The notes beneath the pieces are model-generated. The model was not told the DNA's origin. It made no database searches and worked only from the letters and a program-made list of their open reading frames with translations. Positions 45,192-55,580 of a stretch of DNA of 64,000 nucleotides are shown one piece after another; position 1 is the stretch's first letter; each line of letters starts with the position of its first letter. This stretch comes from a virus. Lineage: Duplodnaviria; Caudoviricetes. Both the position numbers and the translations under genes were made by a program. The stretch covers positions 1,547 through 65,546 of IMG/VR virus record IMGVR_UViG_3300036952_000026; one strand, given 5' to 3'.

Positions 45192-45219
45192 CTCATTATA
45201 GGCTATGCCTATCTTGCGA
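45192..45219 (-). promoter_or_regulatory. phage promoter motif variant (GGCA replaces TACA)
   Basis: TCGCA-AGATA-GGCA-TAGCCTA-TAATGAG. Confidence 0.7.
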
Positions 45220-45226
45220 GCCCAAC

Positions 45227-45643
45227 CTACCCCTTTCGCTGCGGATTCGGTGGTCGCTGAGCGAGTCGGGAGGATTCCACGTTCTGCACACGCAGCGTCA
45301 CGGTTTCCTTGTCCTTGAATTCGTCAGGGTGTTCGTTCCATGCGGCAGTGAGATCCGGATTCTCTCCCTCGCCGGGGGAGATATAGAGATCACCATCGAA
45401 GTTGTTCGGATTACTCATCTCTGCCTGATACAGAGTTGCGAGGTCAATGGCGTAGTTGTCGTTGCTCTTCTTGAGCAGAAGGCCGAGGAATGCGTCAACC
45501 GCGGCGATCGAACCAACGATCTTACCCGTGGTGTCGAATCCCCAAACGCCGCTGAGGGCGAACACGAGGGCGCCAAGCGCCGGGAGGAAGATCTGTGCCA
45601 CCCACTTGAGGCGGTCATAGAGCTTTTCGTCAGTGATGAGCAT
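45227..45643 (-). CDS. holin (Dp-1-like)
   Basis: LYDRLKWVAQIFLPALGALVFALSGVWG..IVGSIAAVDAFLGLLL. Confidence 0.8.
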   Translation of the reverse strand: MLITDEKLYDRLKWVAQIFLPALGALVFALSGVWGFDTTGKIVGSIAAVDAFLGLLLKKSNDNYAIDLATLYQAEMSNPNNFDGDLYISPGEGENPDLTAAWNEHPDEFKDKETVTLRVQNVESSRLAQRPPNPQRKG

Positions 45644-46752
45644 TAATCGTCTTCTCCTTCGAGTAGTTCGAGTGTTGGGTATGAGGTGAACCCGTTTTCG
45701 TCCAGAATCTCTGCGTGTTCCGTAACGCGCATCTTGGTTCCTGGAATACCGTCCGCTCGGATAGTGACGATGTCACCAAGGTTGTAATCAGTCCGGTACC
45801 TAATGCTCAATCCATTCTGGGAAATGTCAGCACTAGATAGCGAGATCTTCCTTTGCTTCGAGAGGGCTTGTCTGCCACGAGTCGCCAAGCGAGAGGCGAT
45901 GGCTGTGACTTCCGTTCCTGTTAGCGGTTCTTTGTACTTCTCGTCGACATCCTTGGCGTCGATGATCATCCATCGCCGAGAATATCCACTGGTCGAGCCT
46001 TGGTGGACCACGACCTGCACGTGTGTCCCCACCACCAGGGCGGAGTTCTTGAAGTTGCGAAGGCTCTCGAGCGCTTCGTATTGCTCGACATCGCCTGAGT
46101 CCATTGACAACACGACCGAAGACGACCTATCGATCCCTCGATGAACCTTGAACGTCACGTTGGTGCCGGTGTACGAGGGGCGGATCGTCTGAATTCCGAG
46201 GTTATCGATGGCAAGAAGTTCCAAGACGCGTTCGTGAACGTTACCCGCCTGGATCTTTCTTGCTTCTGACGTTAGCACGGTCCCGATGTCGGTGGTCGTC
46301 GTCAGATATGGCACCTCGTCATTGTCGTCTACGAGAAGTGAGGCTTCGGTGTGCGCACGGATCAACCCCACCGCCTGGGTCTGTGTGGAGTTGTCGTTCA
46401 TGTTGAAGTCGGTGTCGTCACCCACCTTAGGGAAGGCACCTTCCGCGCCAACGACTCGATTCTCGAGCACCGGAGCTTCCAGGCTTCTACCCGTCGTGTT
46501 TACCGTCGCTTCGCCTTCGATGTCTTTGTTAGTAATATGGTCTTCCACCATCATCACCTCATCGGTCCCAGTATGTGAGACAAAGCACCCGGTCGGAAGA
46601 AGGGTCTTGAATCCTTCTTCGATGTTGCTGACGATCTTCAACTCACCAGCTTCTCTGAACTTTTCAACCCACGTGACGCTCTTGACTGCCGGAAGAAGCA
46701 GACCGTTTCGCATTGGCTGGTTCGAGGCGCTGAGAAATCTGAACAGATCCAT
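45643..46752 (-). CDS. tail hub/Tal-type minor tail protein (ReqiPepy6 gp37-like)
   Basis: SVTWVEKFREAGEL, Y.YRTDYNLGDIV; second gene after the TMP. Confidence 0.75.
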   Translation of the reverse strand: MDLFRFLSASNQPMRNGLLLPAVKSVTWVEKFREAGELKIVSNIEEGFKTLLPTGCFVSHTGTDEVMMVEDHITNKDIEGEATVNTTGRSLEAPVLENRVVGAEGAFPKVGDDTDFNMNDNSTQTQAVGLIRAHTEASLLVDDNDEVPYLTTTTDIGTVLTSEARKIQAGNVHERVLELLAIDNLGIQTIRPSYTGTNVTFKVHRGIDRSSSVVLSMDSGDVEQYEALESLRNFKNSALVVGTHVQVVVHQGSTSGYSRRWMIIDAKDVDEKYKEPLTGTEVTAIASRLATRGRQALSKQRKISLSSADISQNGLSIRYRTDYNLGDIVTIRADGIPGTKMRVTEHAEILDENGFTSYPTLELLEGEDD

Positions 46753-47607
46753 CTACACCCCCCAATATGTCACGTAATGATCGATCTTGTTCCACTGAAC
46801 CGTGTGGTTCGTGTGAAACGCGTTGGACCCCGGAAAGATGATCGGCCAGATCGAGCTGGACTGGATCGCGTCACCGAGATGGATTGTTGCTCCCGCCCTC
46901 TTGATGTAGAGGTACTTGTTTCGGATCTCACTTGAGAAGTGAAGCACGTCACCGTTCAAGAATCCACCGTAGGGGCGAACGTCGAACGTCCATTCGGGGG
47001 TGCCGGGAGGAGACATGACGAAAGACGAGTACGCACCACTGAATTGCGCTTCGAACCGGAACCCATGAGCCGCAGTTGAAGTTTGATCCACGATCGTGAT
47101 GTCGTCTTCGCTAATTGCTGGGCCCGCAGGAGGACCGGCGAGGACAAACCTTGATGGGCTTTGAAGCATCGGGTTTGAACAATTGAACGTGATCTCCACC
47201 TCGGGGGTCGCAGTGAAGTGACCAGCCTTGATCTTTGAGACCGTTCCCGAGATGAGAGCCACGTCTTCACCGTCTGCTTGAAAGACGATTTGGACAACTC
47301 CCGTCCGAGACGACTGAATCAACCGGTAGAGTCGATCCCGAAGCTCGGAGTAGGAGTTGTCGTCTGGCTCCCCGAAGCGGGGATTCAAACCAATCAGCGC
47401 CACCGGTTCACGCTTCTTCTGCGCCATCTGGTAGTACTGCTTGGTCGAATCCCCGCTCGTTCCGTAGAACTGGGGAGTGAGTTCATCAGCATCAAGAGGC
47501 GCGATGCTCTTGCACTGAAAAGGGTTGAGGCTTCTTGGATCCCTGAAGCTCAGCTGAATGACGTCGGAGGATCCTTCCGGGCGCAGTTCGACACTTGTAA
47601 CTCTCAT
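46753..47607 (-). CDS. distal tail protein (Dit)
   Basis: First gene after the TMP; WPIIFPGSN.F..Y..YWGV. Confidence 0.75.
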   Translation of the reverse strand: MRVTSVELRPEGSSDVIQLSFRDPRSLNPFQCKSIAPLDADELTPQFYGTSGDSTKQYYQMAQKKREPVALIGLNPRFGEPDDNSYSELRDRLYRLIQSSRTGVVQIVFQADGEDVALISGTVSKIKAGHFTATPEVEITFNCSNPMLQSPSRFVLAGPPAGPAISEDDITIVDQTSTAAHGFRFEAQFSGAYSSFVMSPPGTPEWTFDVRPYGGFLNGDVLHFSSEIRNKYLYIKRAGATIHLGDAIQSSSIWPIIFPGSNAFHTNHTVQWNKIDHYVTYWGV

Positions 47608-50600
47608 ACGGCGATCCCTAGCTCCTTCGCAGCCCTTGCAACTTGGCCGTTGGTGTTCCGATAGATGTCAGCTTCCGACAGAGCCCTGGGAGAGTGGTTG
47701 TTCTGGATAAACGTGACTCCACCACTGCCTGCCTCGGGCCGAATTACCTCTTCCTTGGTAGCAGAAGTTGAGGCGGAAATCAACCGAGCGTTGTCAAGCG
47801 ACACGCCGGCGTCAATGCTCGTCCCATCCATCATCGAACCGATGGCATCTACTCCCATTTTGACGTTTGACAGATCGATGACTGGAGCAATTGTCGGTTG
47901 CATTCCGTCCATCTCTGCCAGCATGCTCTTCAACTTCTCGCCGAAGTTTGAAGAGTTGTCCGTCATTTCAGCGGCTGGATCGAGATCGCTGAGCCAGCTC
48001 TGTGTTGCTTTCCACGACTGCTTCATACCGTTGAGCAGGCCGGTGATGATCAAACGACCATTGTCGACGAGCATGATCGCATCGTAAGCCGGCGGGCCCT
48101 TCTTCTCGATGATCTTTCCGCCAAGACCACCAAGCCATCCGGTAACGTCATTCCACTTGTCCTTCATACCGTTCCAAAGACCACTGATGATCTTGGTACC
48201 AGCATCCTTGAGCCAGTTGATAGCGTTAGAGAAGACCTCGACGACCCTATCCTTCCTACCACTGATCCAATCCTTGACGGAGATCCACGCGTTCTCAGCA
48301 CCATTCTTGATGCCCTTGATGAGATCTGCACCCTTGTGCCACAGTGTGCTGAGGGTGTTGCCAACAGCTGCGAGAGCCTTGCCGGCAAGTTCCCCAACCC
48401 AGCTGCTGACGCTGGTCCAGATGGCCTTGGCCCCGTTCCACAAACCGCTGAGCAAATCAGAACCCTTCTGCCACAGAAGCGACAGAAGATCACCGATAGC
48501 CCCAACGATCTTACCGGGAAGCGTGATGAAGAAGTTTAGAACTGCCCCGATCATTCCACTAAGCCCGTTGATGAGTCCCTGAAGGATATCACCACCAAAC
48601 CCAGAGAAGACGGTCGAGGGGGACTGAATCCCAAGTAGTTCCTTGAACCAATCAATCATACCGCTGACAACGTTCCCAATGGCTTCTTGTACGCCTTCAG
48701 GAATGAGTGCGTTGATGATGCCGTCAAGAATCGACTTCGCGAGATGCCGACCCTTTTCGCCGATTTCTTCTGCGTGCTCGTCGATGGCTGTCGACAATGC
48801 GTCCATGAAGTTGAGTAGGAGAGTGACCGCTGATTCGGTCAGGCCTTCGACATTCTCGCCAAGACCATCAAGCAACGCTTGAATGAGACCAATACCCGCG
48901 TCAACCCACCCCTGCGTGTTGTCCTTGATCAACTGAATAAGACCCTTTAGGACCGTATCCAGAACGTCAAAGAGCTTTGGCAGATTCTCGTTCGCTACAT
49001 CGAGAAGTTTGCCGATGATGACGCCCAACAGGTCAATGAGTTCTGGGGTACCGGAAAGGAAATGCTTGATCCCCTCTACGACTGCATCACCAAGAACCCC
49101 CAACCATCGAGGCATCGCACCGACGAACGTATCCATCGCGTACATGAACGCGTCAAGCCCCTCGCGTCCTGCTTCGGCCAGATTCTTAATGGCGTTTCCA
49201 AGCAAGTAGGCGCCCGCGCCGAACGCGAGAACGCCGACACCGACAAGCGCAAGCGCAATGCCGAATGCGAGAATGAGCGGGGACAGAAACCCAAGTACCG
49301 CCATTGTCAGCCCAAGAGCCAGCAACGACACCACCATGAGTCCGAGCCCCTTTGCCACGTCGCCGAACTTCATCTTGGCGAATATCCCGATAGCGTCTGC
49401 GAGAAGCAGCAACGCGTACGCCGTGATGAGAAGGCTACCCGCCGCAGCGATAGCGCCGATCCCCATTTGTCCAATGGCGTAGAGGGCCGCTGAGACAGCG
49501 AGAAGCGTAACAACCAACCCAAAGAGACCCTTTCCAAGCTCTCCGCCATCCATCTCTCCGAAGATCTGAACGACGTCCGCAATACCCCTAAGAGCAAACG
49601 ACATCGCAAGCAAACCGAGGCTCGCCTTTTCAATCTCGAGTTTCTTCATGATCGCCATGGCTGCGAGAAGGATCGCAAGACCGCCAGCAAGACCACTCAG
49701 GCCTCGCTTAATGTTGTCACCTTCCAGTTCACCCATGCTCTTCACTGCTCTAGCGAGCAGCAGCATTGCTAGTCCGATACCGAGAAGCGCAAAGGCAACT
49801 CCCGCCAGTTCTGCCTTGCTACCCATGAGCCTGATTGCTCCACCGAGACCTACGAGGAGGACGGTGACGGCAGCGAGCCCTTGCGCGAGGTCGCCCTTAT
49901 CGTTCATCTTTCCGAGCGTCTTAACCGCGAAGGTCAAGAGTAGGATGGCGGCGGCCAAACCCAGGAGGGTCGCAGCAACGCCAACCATCTTGATCTTTTG
50001 ATCGTCCATGAGTTGGGTAGCAGCCGCAATACCATCCATCAAGATGGTGACCCCAACCAATCCTTGCGCGAGATTTCCACGATCCTTCATGTCGCCAAGG
50101 ACCTTTACGGCCGCTGCGAGAATCAGGATGGAGATAGCCATCGTCCTAATCATGTGAGCCATGGCTACCATCTTCTTGGTGCCCATACCCATCTTGTCCA
50201 TGTTTCGCATCGACACGACAATGCCGAGCAGTGCCGCACCAACCGCCCCCGCACCTTGTGCGAGTTTGGCAGGATCGATGAACGACATTGCGATCATCGA
50301 GGCTGCGAGCAGACCAACCGAGATAGCGATCTTCTTGAGAACGTTCCACTTAAGAGTCTTCTGGTAAGTCTTAAGGGTTCCCTTTGCCTGGTTCATGGCG
50401 CCCGTGACGGACTCCATCGTGTTCTTGAACGCGCCCGCGGCCCCTCCGAAGTTCTTGAAGAGGCTCGAGATGTTTAGTCCTATTTTGACGAGACCGAGGA
50501 TCGCGCCAGACTTGACTGCCTTCTCAAGGTTGTCGCTAGCCAAAGCATCTCCAATACCACCGAAGAGCTCGTGCATCTTGTCACCAATCCAGGAGAAGGC

Positions 50601-53045
50601 GCCCTTGATGGCGTCCCAACCCTTCTTGATGCCTTCGGCAATACCCTGAGGAATCGCTAGCGCCGCGTCGATGAACATTCTCGAGGGAGAGTGTGCGTCG
50701 ATCGCTTTCATGAAACTTTCATACAGCTGGTGTCCTACGTCGCTGAGCATTCCGAGCCAGTCGGCCTCGGTGACGGACTTCTTAATGCCGTCAAAGATGG
50801 CAGTGCCACCGCCGGCAAACTCCTTGACCTTGTTCCAAGCTTCTCCGAACGCTACGCCAATCTTGACGATGGTGCCAAGAAGACCAGGAGGTGCGGTGAA
50901 CTTGGCAAGAGGGTTCTCGAAACCGGCCGTGAAGGCCGCCTTGACCTCGAGGATCTTGTCCTTGAGTGTCTTGAGCTTGTCTCTGAGCTTGAAGAGGGAG
51001 GCGACGATGGGCGAATCTTCTGCAAACGGGCCGCCAACAAAGTCGCGATCAAGGAAGATGGCCTTGATCTGCTTGAACGCGCCAGGGATGTCTTTGAGCC
51101 CCACGGCAAATTCCTTTATCAAGCCGGCGCTACCCTGCAGCTTCTCACCAAACAGGTTGATGTAGTAGACCGCGTAGACCATTCCTCGAGTGATCTTATC
51201 GAGGAACGCAGCCACGCTATCCGCAGCACCCTTGCCTTCCTTAGCCGCACCACCAAACAGTTCTCGGAACAAACCGATAACGACGCTGAGTGCTGCACTC
51301 AAGACACCACCAACGACCTTGCCGATCGCGATGAACACTTGAATGAGGCCCTTGAATGGCCCAAGGATGTGGTGGATCGCACCCTGAAGCGCGGCGAAGA
51401 AGTTCTTCATTCGGCCGCCTTCCGACAAGAACCTAGACACCGTCGTGATGATGTCTCCGAGTCTTGCCGCGAAAGGTACGAGACTACTTCTAACCGTTCC
51501 GCCGAACGCGTCCTTGAAGACTGCTACTATCAGCTTTCCGACTTCCCAGATGACTGAAATGCCGATCTTGATGATCGAGAACAGTCCTCTGAAGATCCTC
51601 GTCATCGCCATCGTGGTTTCCTTGGCCGGCATCAACGTCTTTGTGAAGTCCCGGAACATCTTCGTGGCCCGCATGAGTTGGCCAACGCCAACCTTGGGGA
51701 ACACGTTGCGGAAAGCTTCTTGCACGGGCTTGACTACAGCGAGCAGTGCTGCCCAAGTGCGAATGACACCTTCAATAGCGATGTTTCGTCCACCGAAGTT
51801 GGCCCAAATCTCGAGCAGATCGTTTCGATGTTCGGCCGACTTTCCTACGATTCCACCGATGGTGTTGTTGATCCCCGTGAAGAGCGTAGTCGCTCCTTCG
51901 AAGTCGCCAATGACGGTGCGGAAGGTCTCAGACCAACCTGAACCAATCGATTCCTTAACGGCTCCGATCAACTGAGTGAAGGTACGGACCTTAGTGGCCG
52001 ATTCCTCAGCGATCTTCTGCTGGCGCTTAAACCATTCGATCTGCGTCTTGTCAAGACCGAGCGTCGCAAGCTGCGCATCGTCCATGTCGCCAGCCATGAT
52101 CTTCAGGTAGTTCGACATGACGTCGGCCGAGAGCCAACCCTTCTCCAGCGTACCGGTGAAGTTCGAAGTTACCTCTTCGGCAGAGAGTCCTGCCTTATCG
52201 AGGGTACCCATCGATTCCGCGAGCTCGATGATGCCCTGCTGCATGTTCTTGTTACCCATACCAACGTTGCTGAGCGAACGCCAATCCATGAGTCGAATCG
52301 TGCCGGTCGACAGAGCCTGTGACAGCTGGTATGCCGCACCGGCAGCGCCTTCGGCAGTGGTACCCGACGCCGCGGCAGCGTTCGAGAAACCCTTGATCAT
52401 CGACGTTGCGTCACCGACACGGATGCCCGCATTGGTGAAGAGACCGATGTTCTTAACCATCTCACCGAAGTTGTAGATGGTCTTGTCGGAGTACTCATTC
52501 AACTCATCGAGGTTCGCCGTAACCTCTGGAAGCTTGGTGCCGTATCGATCCGTGTTTGCCAAGATCGTCTGGATGGCCCCGATGTTGGTCTGGTATTCGG
52601 AGAAACCATCCTTGAGTGGCCCGAGAGTGAAGCTGCTTCCAATACTTGCAAACTTGCTACCGATTTGCGTTACAAGACCACTGACCACGGCAAATATGCC
52701 CGCGGCCATGGCTACCCACTTGGCGCTGATCTTGTCCGCCTGGTCACCCATGTTGGAAGCGTCAAACTTGTTGACGGCACCTTGTGCGTCAGCAACAGCG
52801 TTCACGACCGGAGTCGCATTGAACTTACCCATTGCGCCTTGGGCGTCGGCAACCGTCTTCTTCACGCCGTCCATCTTGAAGGAGTTGACTTGCTTCTGAG
52901 CGTCAGCCATACCCTTGACACCCTCGACCATCTTCAAGCTCTGACTCAGCTTTTCGAGACCCTTGATCGTCTCTTCCATCTTTGCTGCGAACTTTGCGTT
53001 GTCGAAGGTCATTGTTACGACCTTGTTATCGACGTCGTTGCTCAT
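47604..53045 (-). CDS. tape measure protein
   Basis: 1813 aa, Ala/Gly-rich helical protein; tape-measure domain (LNEYSDKTIYNF..YQLSQAL). Confidence 0.93.
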   Translation of the reverse strand: MSNDVDNKVVTMTFDNAKFAAKMEETIKGLEKLSQSLKMVEGVKGMADAQKQVNSFKMDGVKKTVADAQGAMGKFNATPVVNAVADAQGAVNKFDASNMGDQADKISAKWVAMAAGIFAVVSGLVTQIGSKFASIGSSFTLGPLKDGFSEYQTNIGAIQTILANTDRYGTKLPEVTANLDELNEYSDKTIYNFGEMVKNIGLFTNAGIRVGDATSMIKGFSNAAAASGTTAEGAAGAAYQLSQALSTGTIRLMDWRSLSNVGMGNKNMQQGIIELAESMGTLDKAGLSAEEVTSNFTGTLEKGWLSADVMSNYLKIMAGDMDDAQLATLGLDKTQIEWFKRQQKIAEESATKVRTFTQLIGAVKESIGSGWSETFRTVIGDFEGATTLFTGINNTIGGIVGKSAEHRNDLLEIWANFGGRNIAIEGVIRTWAALLAVVKPVQEAFRNVFPKVGVGQLMRATKMFRDFTKTLMPAKETTMAMTRIFRGLFSIIKIGISVIWEVGKLIVAVFKDAFGGTVRSSLVPFAARLGDIITTVSRFLSEGGRMKNFFAALQGAIHHILGPFKGLIQVFIAIGKVVGGVLSAALSVVIGLFRELFGGAAKEGKGAADSVAAFLDKITRGMVYAVYYINLFGEKLQGSAGLIKEFAVGLKDIPGAFKQIKAIFLDRDFVGGPFAEDSPIVASLFKLRDKLKTLKDKILEVKAAFTAGFENPLAKFTAPPGLLGTIVKIGVAFGEAWNKVKEFAGGGTAIFDGIKKSVTEADWLGMLSDVGHQLYESFMKAIDAHSPSRMFIDAALAIPQGIAEGIKKGWDAIKGAFSWIGDKMHELFGGIGDALASDNLEKAVKSGAILGLVKIGLNISSLFKNFGGAAGAFKNTMESVTGAMNQAKGTLKTYQKTLKWNVLKKIAISVGLLAASMIAMSFIDPAKLAQGAGAVGAALLGIVVSMRNMDKMGMGTKKMVAMAHMIRTMAISILILAAAVKVLGDMKDRGNLAQGLVGVTILMDGIAAATQLMDDQKIKMVGVAATLLGLAAAILLLTFAVKTLGKMNDKGDLAQGLAAVTVLLVGLGGAIRLMGSKAELAGVAFALLGIGLAMLLLARAVKSMGELEGDNIKRGLSGLAGGLAILLAAMAIMKKLEIEKASLGLLAMSFALRGIADVVQIFGEMDGGELGKGLFGLVVTLLAVSAALYAIGQMGIGAIAAAGSLLITAYALLLLADAIGIFAKMKFGDVAKGLGLMVVSLLALGLTMAVLGFLSPLILAFGIALALVGVGVLAFGAGAYLLGNAIKNLAEAGREGLDAFMYAMDTFVGAMPRWLGVLGDAVVEGIKHFLSGTPELIDLLGVIIGKLLDVANENLPKLFDVLDTVLKGLIQLIKDNTQGWVDAGIGLIQALLDGLGENVEGLTESAVTLLLNFMDALSTAIDEHAEEIGEKGRHLAKSILDGIINALIPEGVQEAIGNVVSGMIDWFKELLGIQSPSTVFSGFGGDILQGLINGLSGMIGAVLNFFITLPGKIVGAIGDLLSLLWQKGSDLLSGLWNGAKAIWTSVSSWVGELAGKALAAVGNTLSTLWHKGADLIKGIKNGAENAWISVKDWISGRKDRVVEVFSNAINWLKDAGTKIISGLWNGMKDKWNDVTGWLGGLGGKIIEKKGPPAYDAIMLVDNGRLIITGLLNGMKQSWKATQSWLSDLDPAAEMTDNSSNFGEKLKSMLAEMDGMQPTIAPVIDLSNVKMGVDAIGSMMDGTSIDAGVSLDNARLISASTSATKEEVIRPEAGSGGVTFIQNNHSPRALSEADIYRNTNGQVARAAKELGIAV

Positions 53046-53416
53046 CGACTCACCTCCTTCCAGACATCACTAGCGATTTTATCGAAGACTGGCCGCATAG
53101 CGGGGTTGATGTAATCTCGCCCTTCGACCCAACCTCCCGTACCGGTACCATGACCGTATTGCAGAAGGATTGCGATGTTCGAACCATCCTCCTCGTGAGT
53201 GTTGTACCACTCGATTCGAACTCTTCCGCTCTCACGAACGATTCTATACGCCCATTGCGCGGCCGTCTCTCCTGATTCTTTAGGGGTGGCGGCTTGTAGA
53301 GCTCGTACTCCTCTTTCGCCGTACGAGTCTAGGTTACCGATTGAGTCCTGTTTGGCCGATCGATTCAGGAACTTGAGGATGTGATCAAACGATCCAGAGG
53401 TCTTCACCCCAATCAT
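53042..53416 (-). CDS. tail completion / HK97 gp10-like protein
   Basis: ATPKESGETAAQW..LQYGHGT..GRDYINPAM. Confidence 0.7.
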   Translation of the reverse strand: MIGVKTSGSFDHILKFLNRSAKQDSIGNLDSYGERGVRALQAATPKESGETAAQWAYRIVRESGRVRIEWYNTHEEDGSNIAILLQYGHGTGTGGWVEGRDYINPAMRPVFDKIASDVWKEVSR

Positions 53417-54021
53417 CAGGGCACGAAGTGGGTGACCACGATGCTCGATGAAATAAACGAGTTGTCAGCGTACGACGCCGGTGAAGACGCCGTAGTGCTA
53501 CGAGCTCGCATGGTGAACACCTGAGCCGTAGTCGCTGCGGCGATGAAGTAGTACCGCCCGGAAGCCACTACCGTACGTTCACTATTGGGCGCAAAGGCGT
53601 TTGCCCGATGCACCGGGGTGCCGCCACGAAGCAACTCCACGTCCCAGTTTGTGAGGTCACTATGGCTGGTGAGTGGGCAGTAGTAATCCACTGCGTACCT
53701 GTGCCCGACGACGAGCGCGGGTGTGGTGGCTGTAACGCCCGCAAGCGTGTACCACGTATCGGCAGCGGTGCCGAGAGGATCATCAGCGGCCCCTGCGGTG
53801 TCGGCTGCAATGACCAACGAGCCACTGCCTGGGTTTCCCTGGAGGCCTTGACCACCAATGACCGATCCGGCATCGATGAACGTGCCTGCGGCGGTTGGGA
53901 ATGCTGGATTCCAGTTACGCCGGCGAAGGATGAGGTGGCCACCGGTAATGACGGCGTCGACGATATTCTCGTCGGCAAGTTCGAGTGACTTTTCTGCAGT
54001 TAGTGAGGTAACTTGTCCCAT
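53416..54021 (-). CDS. putative minor structural protein
   Basis: Inside the tail operon; short GQGLQGNPG collagen-like stretch then a beta-rich domain. Confidence 0.6.
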   Translation of the reverse strand: MGQVTSLTAEKSLELADENIVDAVITGGHLILRRRNWNPAFPTAAGTFIDAGSVIGGQGLQGNPGSGSLVIAADTAGAADDPLGTAADTWYTLAGVTATTPALVVGHRYAVDYYCPLTSHSDLTNWDVELLRGGTPVHRANAFAPNSERTVVASGRYYFIAAATTAQVFTMRARSTTASSPASYADNSFISSSIVVTHFVP

Positions 54022-54036
54022 GAGATCTCCTTGGGG

Positions 54037-55005
54037 TTAGGACTGTGACTTGAGTCGGAACATGTCTGGGCCAGAGAAGACGGGGTTCACATTGGTCAAC
54101 GTAAAGACCCCGTCTGTCACTTGGATTTCATCTTCGGATATGGCGACCCAAGTGCCATCATCGTTAACTCGAATCTCCAACTTCTCGGGGTCACCCGTAA
54201 CGTCAGAAATCACGTACTTCTCGTCTACCTCACCGACAACCCAAATGGCGTTTGCATTCCGGAGTTCGTAGACATCTGGGTCGTCTTCGCTCTGGAATAT
54301 GTACGTATTGGGCCGTAGCTCAGTGGCTGTCCATGTGCCATCGCCGTGGTCAACGATCGTCATTCGAGCCCAGTCCCTCATGAAGACGAGGAGGTCGCTT
54401 AGTTGGGGCAAATATGGATTGCTTTCAAACGTTCCATACAGCTTCTTCTCAATCTCTTCCAACAACCATGGGTCTACTTCGTCCGATTCGATAATGAAGT
54501 GCGCCGTAGGCCTAAAGCCCGGCAGCTCTTCCGGAACCGACGCGAGTTCCCACTCCATTTCGACGAGTGAGGGATCGTCAGACTTTGTTTCGTGTTCTCG
54601 ATCGGACGGAGTTGCGATCAGATTGTATGCGACATTGACCTTGTATGCCGCTTCTGGACCTTGTGCTTCGTTGCCCTTAAAGGTTCTCCACGACATGCCG
54701 AAGAACTGAGGGATTTGATCACGCAGTTTTACGCCCTTGCGAAGATTCGCGTATCCTTGGATCTCGTCGAACTCTTTGGGGTATGACGCCGCCTTAAGTG
54801 TCGCCTCGAAATCCCCCGAGCTAACGATAACGCTGATCTTCATACCGTCGAAGTAGACGGTTTCGCTGTCTTGTTTGAACTTCTCGGAGACGGAAATCAG
54901 ACCGTTCCAAGGAACAGCTGAGCCATCTGGCAAGTAGAGCACGCCCTTATCGAGGCCGCTCTCATAGCGCTTGTCTAGTGGGTTTCCCCAAATCAGCTCA
55001 GGCAT
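54037..55005 (-). CDS. second tail-tube-like protein (paralog of the major tail protein)
   Basis: WGNPLDKRYESGLDKGVLY..WNGL matches the MTP N-terminus. Confidence 0.75.
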   Translation of the reverse strand: MPELIWGNPLDKRYESGLDKGVLYLPDGSAVPWNGLISVSEKFKQDSETVYFDGMKISVIVSSGDFEATLKAASYPKEFDEIQGYANLRKGVKLRDQIPQFFGMSWRTFKGNEAQGPEAAYKVNVAYNLIATPSDREHETKSDDPSLVEMEWELASVPEELPGFRPTAHFIIESDEVDPWLLEEIEKKLYGTFESNPYLPQLSDLLVFMRDWARMTIVDHGDGTWTATELRPNTYIFQSEDDPDVYELRNANAIWVVGEVDEKYVISDVTGDPEKLEIRVNDDGTWVAISEDEIQVTDGVFTLTNVNPVFSGPDMFRLKSQS

Positions 55006-55017
55006 GTTGCTCCTTAA

Positions 55018-55560
55018 CTATCCAGGTTTCCCTGAGGCCGCGAGTCGTCTTGCGTTTTCTTCTCGGTACCACTGGGCAAGTTCCTGTTGAGATCTCTTCT
55101 TCGGCGGGTTTGACTTGACGTTGCAGACGCGAATCAGCGTCAAGAGCTTGTTGAGGTGCCAGTGCTGTGCTTGCCAATCAATTCGAAAGGCGGTCATCCA
55201 GTAATAGACAAGCTCTGCAGTAACCTTCTCCACCGGCCCTTTCTCGGGCGGACCAGGTGGGAAGGTCGTTGCGGTTTCTGACGAGTTGATGTACGCCTCG
55301 ATTGTTGCGTAATCTTGGGTCGTAAGCCAACCAAAGACTTCATCACTAACTCCTGGCGTTAGAACCATGAATCGAATGTAGTCTTGGATCTGCTCCTTCG
55401 TCTTTTGGTCGTTGTCCAGGAACGCTACCTGGTACTTTGACTCCCATTTTGACAGAGAGACCAGAGAATGCTCGAACTCTACCTCGACAGCATCGGGGCA
55501 AGTGAATTCGTTGGTCTCTCGGTTGTAAGCCTCCGGACCTTGGATGTTGATTGTGAGCAT
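55018..55560 (-). CDS. tail assembly chaperone
   Basis: Start MLTINIQG; LEHSLVSLSKWESK..TAELVYYWM..WHLNKLLTLI; follows the MTP. Confidence 0.65.
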   Translation of the reverse strand: MLTINIQGPEAYNRETNEFTCPDAVEVEFEHSLVSLSKWESKYQVAFLDNDQKTKEQIQDYIRFMVLTPGVSDEVFGWLTTQDYATIEAYINSSETATTFPPGPPEKGPVEKVTAELVYYWMTAFRIDWQAQHWHLNKLLTLIRVCNVKSNPPKKRSQQELAQWYREENARRLAASGKPG

Positions 55561-55580
55561 TCTCTGGTCTCCTATCTTTC

